Part shown: one piece after another, positions 35,886 to 46,320 of the stretch
How positions within the stretch are numbered: the first letter of the stretch is position 1
Layout: every line of letters begins with the position of its first letter
DNA from: Malacoraja senta
Taxonomy: Eukaryota
Direction: 5' to 3'
Assembly: GCA_038087875.1 (NCBI GenBank)
Contig: JAXLNO010004250.1
Span: 248,001-312,000 of the forward strand
DNA: 64,000 nt
Notes under the pieces: generated by a model
Seen by the model: the letters and a program-made list of their open reading frames with translations, nothing else
Databases searched by the model: none
What the model was told of the DNA's origin: nothing
Made by a program: the position numbers and the translations under genes

Positions 35886-36714
35886 AGGTGGAACACCAGA
35901 GCACTCTACGCGGGGCTTCGACCTTCCAGCGGTAACTGTTGCCTCTGGAGGGAGTATCAGTTTCCCGGGAGGTGGGGATAATGGGGTAAATGGGCAGATG
36001 TGACATCTGTGTGTGCATGAGGCGGTGCCGTGGGAGGAGATTTAACCGGACACAGAGTCACTTGGACTTGTCTCTGTTTCCTGTATTTGATCTCCACTGT
36101 GGAGAGATAGATCACAGATGAGGTGATCACTTGGATGAACATCTCTGTTCAGTTCCCCGTTGTCAACCTGAGGTTTCGCTCACTTGTCTCTTTCATTGCG
36201 TGTCCCGTCCCAGTGTGAGATCTCCCTCGCTCTCCTACACTGATCTACTGAGGCTGAGCAGCAGCTGGGGAACCGCCCGCCTTTGAATCCGGCATCTCGC
36301 AGCCTTCCACATTCAACATTGTCCTCAACCGTTTCACACAATGAGCACCATGTTCACATTTTCCTACAGCAACTGTTGGTCGTGGGTGAATCATTGAAAC
36401 GTCCCCGGATCCTCAGTGTATTTATTCACCTGATCCGTTCCTCGTCATTCTCCTCTCCTGCCCTTCACATGTTAGACATTTGTTTTCCCGCTACACTTGT
36501 CTCACACCTGTCACCATCTGACATTGTCCAGGCCTGATAAGACCCTGTCAACGTGAACCAGGAATTCCGTTCCTCTCTGCAGCTGCTTGACCCACGTGGA
36601 ACGTCCCTCATTGTTCTGCACTTATTTCTAGCCTTGTTTGGATTGACCTCTGACTCTGATAGTCATTGTCTCTGATGCTCATTGTTCAAATGTAACACTG
36701 GTTTCTCCTTCCAG

Positions 36715-36747
36715 AGCTGGAACGGCGCAAATCCATCGTAGAACATG
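36715..36747 (+). CDS. Butyrophilin-like gene B, cytoplasmic coiled-coil microexon (33 bp, phase 1-1)
   Basis: gtttctccttccag acceptor, ATG|gtaaga donor; (E)LERRKSIVEH in frame after the TM exon; short phase-1 cytoplasmic exons are typical of BTN/BG genes. Confidence 0.75.
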
Positions 36748-36969
36748 GTAAGAATTTAGTATTGAAACTAGACTAAGTGGGACATGTTGGGTCCCAGCTT
36801 CACACGGGAGTGCTGGTCCCCCAAAGCAATATTCCACCTCTCCATCAATTCCAATATTGCTGGCCAGTGTGGGGGGGGGGGGGGTTCTGGAGCGCTAGTA
36901 TGTGTTGTGGGTCAAAGGGACTTGTTTCCAGAGGGCTAGTATGGACATTGTGGGCCGAATGGATTCTTG

Positions 36970-37340
36970 GGCTGGCAGCTCAGTCACTCAGGCCAGGCTG
37001 CTCAGTCACTCAGGCCAGGCAGCTCCGTCACTCAGGGCAGGCAGCTCCGTCACTCAGGGCAGGCAGCTCCGTCCCTCAGGCCAGGCAGCTCAGTCACTCA
37101 GCCTGTTGTGCGCTGAAGGGACTGGTTTCCAGAGGGTTAGTATGGACATTGTGGACTAAATGGATTTTTGGACTTGCAGTTCAGTGACTCATGGCTGGTG
37201 GGCTGGCAGTTCACTAAGTCATGGCTGGTGGGCTGGCACTTCAGTCGCTTACAGCTGTTGGGCTGGCAGTTCACTTACTCATGGCTGGTGGGCTGGCAGC
37301 CCAGTCACTCACGGCTGGTGGTGGCAGTTCACTCAGTCAC
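36970..37340. repeat. Intronic minisatellites (about 22-bp GGCAGCTCAGTCACTCAGGCCA and about 29-bp TCACTCATGGCTGGTGGGCTGGCAG units)
   Basis: Directly visible. Confidence 0.8.
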
Positions 37341-37754
37341 CCCTCCTCCCTTCACCCCCCCTCTACTCCATGCCATTCCCCTCCCCCACACAAATTCAGT
37401 CCATCTCCCCTCAACCTCCCCACCCCCCATGCACTCTAAGTGGCTCTCCGACAGCGCAACCATTCCTGCCTATTAGGTTACAATTGTGATGGAAGAACAC
37501 GCAGGCATGGCAAGTGGAAAAAGGATTTATTAAAGTTTAAAATGTGAATGAATTAAAATATAACAACAATTTAAATGTTAAAGATGAGATTTATTAAGTT
37601 ATTTCTTGTTGTGTCTCTTGCTGTGTTCTGCTGCTCATTGCCTCTTGATAACACTTTGCTGTTGATATAAAAAAAGATACATTTTAATATAGAGAGATTA
37701 AGCAGTCAAATTTTAACAAAGAAAATCTGAGAATTTACCTCAAAAGTCAACATG

Positions 37755-38120
37755 GAGTGCAGGCCGCATGTCCAACCTCACAGCACTCCAAGCAGAGTGC
37801 AGGGCGCAAGTCCAATCTCACAGCACACCAAGCAGAGTGTAGGCAGCAAGTCCAACCTCACAGCACTCCAAGCCGAGTGCAGGCAGCAAGTCCAACCTCA
37901 CAGCACTCCAAGCAGAGTGCAGGCAGCAAGTCCAACCTAACAGCACACCAAGCAGAGTGCAGGCTGCAAGTCCAACCTCACAGCACTCCAAGCAGAGTGC
38001 AGGCAGCAAGTCCAACCTAACAGTACTCCAAGCAGAGTGCAGGCAGAAAGTCTGACCTCACAGCACTCCAAGCGGAGTGCAGCCCAGCAAATCCAATTTC
38101 ACAGCATTTCAAGGAGAGTG
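37755..38120. repeat. 40-bp tandem repeat (about 9 units)
   Basis: Unit GCAGGCAGCAAGTCCAACCTCACAGCACTCCAAGCAGAGT. Confidence 0.9.
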
Positions 38121-38659
38121 CACACACACACACACATACACAGACACTCACACAGACACACACACCCCCAAAGACACTCACACACATACAGACACACAGA
38201 CAGACAGACACACACACACAAAGACACACTCACACAGATATACACACAAANNNNNNNNNNNNNNNNNNNNNNNNNNNNNNNNNNNNNNNNNNNNNNNNNN
38301 NNNNNNNNNNNNNNNNNNNNNNNNNNNNNNNNNNNNNNNNNNNNNNNNNNNNNNNNNNNNNNNNNNNNNNNNNNNNNNNNNNNNNNNNNNNNNTGGCAGT
38401 AAAAATGTTTGAATACTCAAACGGCTCAGCGCGGCATCTCCACTGTGGGCCTTCTGCAGTCAGCAACACTTCTGCATTCAGCATGACCTCTGTACTCACC
38501 GGAAATGACACAATCAGCGTGACCTATCCACTAAGCGGAAATCACGAAATGAGCGGGACTTTTGCAGTAAACACGGTTGGACCTAATAAAGTGTTTATTC
38601 CTTCCAGGGACAGCTGTTGTAAAAGGCACAGCTGTTGCAAAATGCACAGCTGTTGCGAA

Positions 38660-39610
38660 AGGCACATTTCAAAAGCCACCTTTATTTCAAAGGCACCATT
38701 TCAAAAGCTACATTTATTTCAAAAGCCACATTTCTTGCAAAAGCCACATTTGTTTCAAAAGCCACATTTCAAAAGCCACATTTATTTCAAAAGCTACATT
38801 TCAAAAGCCACATTTATTTCAAAAGCCACACACATTTCAAAAGCCACTTTCATTTCACGCCACATTCATTTCAAAAGCCACATTTCACAAGACACATTTC
38901 ACAAGCCACATTCATTTCAAAAGCCACATTTCAAAAGCTACATTTATTTCAAAAGCCACGTTTCAAAAGCTACATTTATTTCAAAATACACTTTTCAAAA
39001 GCCACATTTATTTCAAAAGCCACATTTCAAAAGCTACATTTCTTTCAAAAGCCACACCTCAAAAGTCACATTTATTTCAAGCCACACCTCAAAAGCCACA
39101 TTTCTTTCAAAAGCCACGTTCACTTCAAAAACCGCATTCCAAAAGCCACATTTCAAAAGCTACATTTATTTCAAAAGCCACATTTCAAAAGCTACATTTC
39201 AAAATCCACGTTTCAAAAGCTACATTTATTTCAAAAGCCACATATATTTCAAAAGCCACATTTCAAAAGCTACATTTCCAAAGCCATATTTATTTCAAAA
39301 GCCACACCTTAAAAGCCACATCTATTTCAAGAGCCACGTTTATTTCAAGAGCCACATTTATTTCAAGAGCCACATTTATTTCAAAAGCCACATTTCAAAA
39401 GCCACATTTCAAAAGCCACACCTCAAAAGCCACATTTATTTCAAAAGCCACATTTATTTCAAAAGTCACACCTCAAAAGCCACATTTATTTCAAAAGCCA
39501 CATTTATTTCAAAAGCCACATTTATTTCAAAAGCCACATTTATTTCAAAAGCCACATTTCCTTCAAAAGCCACATCTCAAAAGCCACATCTCAAAAGCCA
39601 CATTTATTTC
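38660..39610. repeat. AAAAGCCACATTT(ATTT)C minisatellite (14/18-bp units, about 950 bp)
   Basis: Directly visible; explains the stop-free ORFs 38405-39652, 38577-39791 and 38635-39312. Confidence 0.95.
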
Positions 39611-40203
39611 ATCGGTGTATACCAGCATCTGCAGTTCCTTCCCACCGATTAAATGCTTTCTGCGGCGCATATGTAGATTAGTAAGGGCGTCAGAGGCAGG
39701 CGAATGGGGTTGGGATGGATACGCAGATAAGCGAAGATGGAATAGCGGAGCAGACTTAATGGGCCGAATGACTAATTCTGTTCCTATCTAATGATCTAAA
39801 ATGGGACTTTCAGTTCATAGTCCGGGACAGTTGTAATGCCGGTTGCAACCAGGAAATGGTGATGACGAGCTGTCCAGAGCTCAGTACAGTTTGACGGTGC
39901 TGCACAACCCACCTGCTGCTGGCAGCCGGTACTGCGGGGAGAACAGGGACACAAAACTCGGCTGGTCGGACAGGGCAGGCAGCAGTCGAAATATACCAAT
40001 ATTTTAAAAAAACAGACAGGTACATGGATGGGAAAGGTTCAGAGGGATATGGGCCAAATGCGGGCAGGTGGGACAAGAGTAGATGGGGCATCGTGGTCGG
40101 TATGGACGAGGTGGGCTGAAGGGCCTGTTTCCCCGTTGAAAGAATGTCTATTGGGCACCTTGCACTGAGTCACCCCGTTGGGAGAGACGATGCCAAGGAA
40201 ATC

Positions 40204-40558
40204 AGAGTGCTGGAGTAACTCAACGGGTCAGGCAGCATCTGTGGAGAACATGGATAGGTGACGTTTCAAAGAGTGCTGGAGTAACTCAGCGGGTCAGGCA
40301 GCATCTGTGGAGAACATGGATAGGTGATGTTTCACAGAGTGCCGGAGTAACTCAGTGGGTCAGGCAGCATCTGTGGAGAACACGGAAAGGTGACGTTTCA
40401 CAGAGTGCTGGAATAACTCAGCGGGTCAGGCAGCATCTGTGGAGAACATGGATAGGTGATGTTTCACAGAGTGCTGGAGTAACTCAGCAGGTCAGGCAGC
40501 ATCTGTGGAGAACATGGATAGGTGACGTTTCACAGAGTGCTGGAGTAACTCAGCGGGT
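40204..40558 (-). repeat. 66-bp tandem array of a Penelope-SINE end segment (5 units plus a partial)
   Basis: Unit AGAGTGCTGGAGTAACTCAGCGGGTCAGGCAGCATCTGTGGAGAACATGGATAGGTGACGTTTCAC. Confidence 0.9.
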
Positions 40559-40574
40559 TATTTACACCTTACAG

Positions 40575-40648
40575 TAAAACCTATCGAGGAAGGGAGTATT
40601 AGAGGGAGTGAATATATGCATGACTGTTCGAATGATTACACTACATAA
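40575..40648 (+). CDS. Tentative terminal coding exon of BTN-like gene B
   Basis: ttatttacaccttacag acceptor; phase-1 reading (V)KPIEEGSIRGSEYMHDCSNDYTT-stop; AATAAA at 40726-40731 with a downstream T/GT-rich tract. No homology support. Confidence 0.3.
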
Positions 40649-41191
40649 CATTGATAAACGAACCGAATAACAAGGATTACTTCAACATTTTTTTGTTATT
40701 TTCACCAATGAATCTCTGTGCTAACAATAAATGGGGCTGTACAGAACATGTATTTTGTTTTTGACACCTTACACAAAGCTTTACAAAGGCTGAGACTTGT
40801 GGTTAGATGTGTTTGAGCTTGAAATGTGCAGGTTTGTGTTTAGGATCAGTTTTATTGATGTCACCTGTACTGAGGTACAGTGAAAAGCATTGATTAGCTT
40901 GCTGTCCAAAACAGATCCGTTCTACCGCACATAGATGCAATCAGGTCAAACTCAGGTACAATCGGTAGAGCAAAGGGGAAGATACAGAGTGCAGAATATA
41001 GTTCTCAGCATTGTACCGCATCAGTTCCAGAGACAAAGTCCAATGTCTACAATGGGGTAGAGGTGAATCGGACAGTACCCTAGCTTATGGAAGGACCATT
41101 CAGAAGCCTGATGACAGAGGGGAAGAAGCTGTTCCTGAGTCTGGTGGTGTGCACTTTCAAGCTTCTGCCGACAGGAGCGCGGAGAAGAAGG

Positions 41192-41345
41192 TGCCTCACA
41201 GCGCCAGAGACCCAGGTTCGATCCTGGCTACAGGTGCTTGCACGACTACCGAGTTTGTACGTTCTCTCTGTGACAGTGTGGGTCTCCTCCGGGTGCTCCA
41301 GTTTCCTCCCACACTCCAGAGGTACCGGTTTGTAGGTTAATTGGC
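41192..41345 (+). mobile_element. HE1/V-SINE-like fragment
   Basis: cacagcgccagagacccaggttcgatcctg...cgggtgctccagtttcctcccacactcca. Confidence 0.75.
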
Positions 41346-41719
41346 CCTCTGTATCTCTGACCTAAAGAAAAGTAAACATTAGCAAAGTTGGGAAAATCTT
41401 CTCAACCCTCGGTTGTCAGGGTTCCAGTGAATGGCCATCACAGCTGTGTTTCACTTTGGTGTGAAATCGATCCTCAGACTCTGAAGATGAAGCAAAAAGC
41501 TTTAGCTGGGGTTGACTGCAGACAGGGTGAGGGCAGATTCCAGACACTGATGGTAACTCCAGCCGGAAACAACAGCGAGGTGAAGCTGCATCCTCCACTT
41601 CTGCAACCGTGCTCTCTGCCAGCTTCCATCCATGGCTGTATCCTCAGCCACTGCCCCCCCCTCCCCGGGGAACACACACATATATGTACAGATATATATA
41701 TACATACACACATATACAT

Positions 41720-42072
41720 AATGATAATGATGATAATGGATTGGATTTATATAGCGCCTTTCTAATACCCAAGGCGCTTTACATCGCATTATTCATTCAC
41801 TCCTCAGTCACACTCGGTGGTGGTGAGCTACTTCTGTAGCCACAGGTGCCCTGGGGCAGACTGACGGAAGCGTGGCTGCTAATCTGCGCCTACGGCCCCT
41901 CCGACCACCACCAATCACTCACACACATTCACACACATTCACACGCAGGCAAAGGTGGGTGAAGTGTCTTGCCCAAGGACACAACGACAGTATGCACTCC
42001 AAGCGGGATTCGAACCGGCTACCTTCCGGTTACCAGCCGAACACTTAGCCCATTGCGCCATCTGTCGTCCAG
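41720..42072 (-). mobile_element. Full-length tRNA-derived SINE of teleost AFC/CORE-like type
   Basis: Head TGGCGCAATGGGCTAAGTGTTCGGCTGGTAACCGGAAGGTAGCCGGTTCGAATCCC resembles tRNA-Asn; body gtgtccttgggcaagacacttcaccc...gtcagtctgccccaggg...gtggctac; L2-like tail gtaaagcgccttggg...aaaggcgctatataaat. Confidence 0.75.
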
Positions 42073-43360
42073 GGACGACAGATGGCGCATATTTCTGTGT
42101 ATGTACACACATACACAGAAATACATATACATAGATACACATATATATATATACACACACACGTATATACACAGAGAACATATATACATAGAGACAAATA
42201 TATCCTCACACCCACATACACACAAATATATATACACACATAAATATATATAAACACACATACACGTGCACACACACCACACACATATGTGCGTGTATGT
42301 AAGAAAGACGATAGACTCGGCTTGTACTCGCAAGAATAGTAAGATTAAATGAGAACTTACCAGTTTGAAGTTTGATCTTTATTTTATGAGGAGTTACGAT
42401 GAGGAGTGAAGAAGGCCGTCCAGGCACATGCGCGTCAATCTTCAAAGCAGCGGTGTGAAATCACAGATAACAGTAGTTGAACTAACATAGTGATTAGAGA
42501 AGACTAGAACTACCGGGTGATCTTTATGATAGAGGGTTGGGAGTGGAGGGCACGTAATCGCTCATCGTAACTCCTCATAAAATAAAGATCAAACTTCAAA
42601 CTGGTAAGCTCGTTTAATCTTACTATTTTACTTCGGAGTCACGTGAGTGACTACGTGAAGACTTTGAAGCTCTGTAGTTCCATGCCGTGGAAAAACGAGT
42701 CCACACAAGCACGACTGCAGTTTACCACAGATAAGGGAAAACATTATTAATGCATACAGACATGACATAGATTTAAAACATGCTGAGGCTGATAAATGAA
42801 CAAATAATAACATTAGTAACCCCTCTCATCCGGGGGGAATGCTATGAAATAGAACCTAAAATAGAGTAGGCAAATACCTCTGGTCTGGCAATGGGTTAAA
42901 ATAAAATGTTTGGAAACTCGTACGTTAGACCATCCTGCAGTCGGCAGAATGTGGTCCAGAGGACCGTACATAACCCTTGCTGCTGATATAGTAGCAGCCC
43001 TAGTGGATTGAGATTAGAAAATTAGTATCTGTATAAGCCAGAACCCTGTTTTAACCACCTGGAGGTGCTCTGAACTGATACCTTGTTATGAGGTTATTAG
43101 TAACTAACTACATAGGTAGTATGAGAGCCTCTAAGGCTCTAGGTGACCTTGACGTAATGTAAATGTGTGGCCACACATAAACGAAGGTGCATGGGGTATG
43201 CCATGAGAACTAGTTTGAGACCTGACATCCCTGGGCTGCCCTGCGTAACTAAATCGTAAACATGAAATATATTATTAGCAGGTATAACCATCCTGTCCAG
43301 TCGCAATTTATGTAATGACTGGACCCGTTGCGCTGAGAATAGCGCCAAGGGGATAACTAG

Positions 43361-44197
43361 AAGATACATTTATTTGTCACATGTACCAGTTGGTACAGTG
43401 AAATGTGTGGTTACCATACAGCCATACAATAAAATAAAGAACACAACACACGATAAGAGTCCAACATAAAACATCCCCACACAGCAGAATCAAATGTTTC
43501 CCACTATGAGGGAAGGCACCAAAGTCAGTCATCTTCCTCTGATGTTTCTCCGTGGTCGGGGCCTCTGGAGCCCTCCTCAGTCACCGCTATGGGTGTCCCG
43601 TCGCTCAGGCCCGCTCGCCGGGATGTTGGAACTCCGACGTCGGAACGGGAGGCCAACCCCAGCGGCTTGGACCTACGAATCGGCCGCTACCCACCAGAGT
43701 CTGCGACTCCCGAAGTTCTCTGGCCGCGCTGGGCGGGGATTCACACACTCGGCCCTCGGCAAAGGACCCCAGGGACTCCCCGATGTTGTTCAGCGCCGCC
43801 CGCGCTGTGTGCTCCACGACCCACAGCTCCGTGATGTCGACGCTGCACGCCCAACGCTCCGGAGCTTCAAACGGCGATCCAGGTAGGCATCGCTCGCTCC
43901 GTGGTGAATCCAGCGCCGCTCCGCCACAACACTGGTCCGGTCCCCGGTCTCCGGTAGGAAAGGCCGCTCCGATCCAGTTGGTAGGCCGCGTGGAGAGGTG
44001 CAAGGACGCGACTCGGAGAAATAGTCGCATCCTCGCCAGGAAGCGACTGGGAAGCGGTTTCCCCCTTACCCTACCCCCCTTCCCCACAAAAAAATCTAAA
44101 GAATTCCCAAAACAAACTGGTCAGACAAACTAAAATTTAAAAAAGCTAGGAAAAAACGAACAGACTGTAGGCAGAGGCTGCCTTCAATGCGGCGCCC
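43361..44197 (-). mobile_element. Non-autonomous Rex-like element nested in the DIRS YR gene (TSD CTAG)
   Basis: CTAG at 43357-43360 and 44198-44201; removing the insert restores LMGLVIPLALFSAQR; Rex-type tail ...catgtgacaaataaa. Confidence 0.75.
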
Positions 44198-46129
44198 CTA
44201 GCCCCATAAGACCCTACCTTATGAGAGCCGAGCCAAAAATAGGGATATAGCTGGAGCCCCCTGGTGAAGTAGTGTTAACACAATGTCAATATCGCATACT
44301 TCCGTGTACTTGGGTCTGGGAGAACTTGTGTAAAGATATCCTTAATAAACTGGATATCAGAGGGTGAGACCCGACAGAGCAGGTCCCGCTCGCTGCAGCA
44401 AATATGACGAGAAAGCAGGTTGGGCACAGTTAATGGGACTATAACTTTATTTGTTGTCAAGGGCCCATAGAAAATGAACTCTAAGATGTCAGTGTCCATG
44501 CCGTATTATATGTAACATAGTATTTAAACAGAACGCTTCCCATCTCCTGAAGAGGAAATGTACTGCTTTTTTGGTGCTATCGCTGCACTCTGCAGTGAGC
44601 ACACACATGGATCGGTCTGCCACCCCGAGCCGCAGGAGCGGTCTTCTCAGATTCTGTAAGGCAATGAATTGATTAATCATGCAGATGCTGGTTCCCCCAA
44701 GTCCCAGGCTGAACCAGCAAAGTTTTATGTTTAGAAACCCCATATAAGGCTCTACTATGATTCCTAACATTTGCAAGATACCATGGCTACATAGGCCAGT
44801 CAGACAGTATGAAAACCCTGAAGCAGGATCTTGCTGAATTTATTGCAAGACCCTACTGATGAGGCAAACTGGAGCAACGACATAAAAGAACATTCCTCCC
44901 CCATGTAGCAAGAATGTTTCTTTCACCATTGTGATGCCACATGTCTTTACAACCGGTGACTGAGCCTGGATGCAAACATATCGATATTCGGTGTTCCATC
45001 GAGCCATAATGTCATAAAATACTTTGTGATCCAACATCCATTCTGTGTTGTCATTGATTTTACGTGATGATACACCAACGCCAAATAAGGTTGGGTAAAT
45101 TATGACAGGATACTTTGGCTTGATTGCACCCATGTGACCAACATATGCCAGCACCACAGTGTACCAACCTGGAACTCAGCATGCATATCCGCACAATAAC
45201 CCTTTAACCCATAGTATGCACCTAGTGTCTATAGGTAGTTGATACCAATAACTGAAGAATTGGTAATTCATGCAAATCCCATTCACCTCCGTAACTGAAG
45301 ATGGCATTCGTAATTTCCCATCTTAGAGCACTAGCATCAGTCTGTAATAACTGAAGATTTATTGACCAAAAACGACTGGAGCAATGCTGAATATTGTTCG
45401 TCCACCATTGTGACTTTGATGGCTTCAGCTGGTAAAAGCATAGATCCGTTAACAATGACCTATATGGCACTTGAGAGGTTACTACTTTGCACGTTGAAAG
45501 TTCAGATAAAGCAAAGACCCAATTGCACAGCTGAAACACAGTGTAATTGGCACTATTCATCAAGTGCCAATTACACTTGATGAATAGAAGATTGCTTGAT
45601 AACAAGGTTGTTACAGGCTTCTATTGATTCCAATCTCTTGCCCGAGGGCGGAGTCACAGATAATTAATAGTTAAAGGTAAAACCGAATAATCAAACTAGT
45701 TGGTATCAACTTAAATTTAACTGGAGGAAACCTCAATTTCTCAAGTATAGTTGCGGCTGAAACAGTTGATTTTAGCAAAACACAGCGTTTAGAATATCAT
45801 TCAGTTCAGCCATAACAAGTGTTTTTGAGCTGTAAGCAGTTTAGTAATTTGGTAGATGACCTGGGAGCTGAAGTTAGCCCATTTGCAACGCATTAACTGT
45901 TATCATTGCCCCATCCAGAAAAATTCCAAATGTCTCCTGGGATCTCTGTGAATGGGACCTGAATAATATTCAACTTTGAAATCGATGCATGCCATAAAGA
46001 TCCTAAGGAAATCATTTTGTTAGACAGTAACGAAGTTCCATATACTGAAAAACCTATGTTGCACATGCTAGTTAAATACATTTTAAACCAACATCCTCCA
46101 TCTTTCACAATTAACAGGCCACGCCTGCC

Positions 46130-46320
46130 ATAATTTCATGCCTGCCTTGAATGACAACTCTGGCCAGATTTCCGAGCCTGTCTTGAAAGGTGTTCCTGGT
46201 CATAATACTGAGCCTGCCTCGAAAGACAACTCTGGCCATAATACTGGGCCTGCCTTGAAAGGCTACTCCGGCCATAATTCTGAGCCTGCCTCGAAAGACA
46301 ACTCTGGCCACAATTCCAAG
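46130..46320. repeat. 36-bp tandem repeat (about 5 units) inside DIRS between gag and RT
   Basis: GCCTGCCTCGAAAGACAACTCTGGCCATAATACTGA units. Confidence 0.85.

Noticed and set aside
37476-37740. Alternative last-exon candidates for gene B (tattag|GTTAC... giving GYNCDGRTRRHGKWKKDLLKFKM-stop; atatag|AGAGA... giving ERLSSQILTKKI-stop)
   Set aside because: Weaker acceptors and no homology support. They cannot be excluded without transcripts, so they are not called.
38405-39791. Long ORFs of 415, 404 and 225 aa
   Set aside because: They are overlapping frames of a stop-free minisatellite, with no domain content or splice context.
40204-40558. Regularly spaced repeats resembling a CRISPR array (also 28608, 37755, 51182, 53150)
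   Set aside because: The units are contiguous with no unique spacers, the context is eukaryotic and there are no cas genes.
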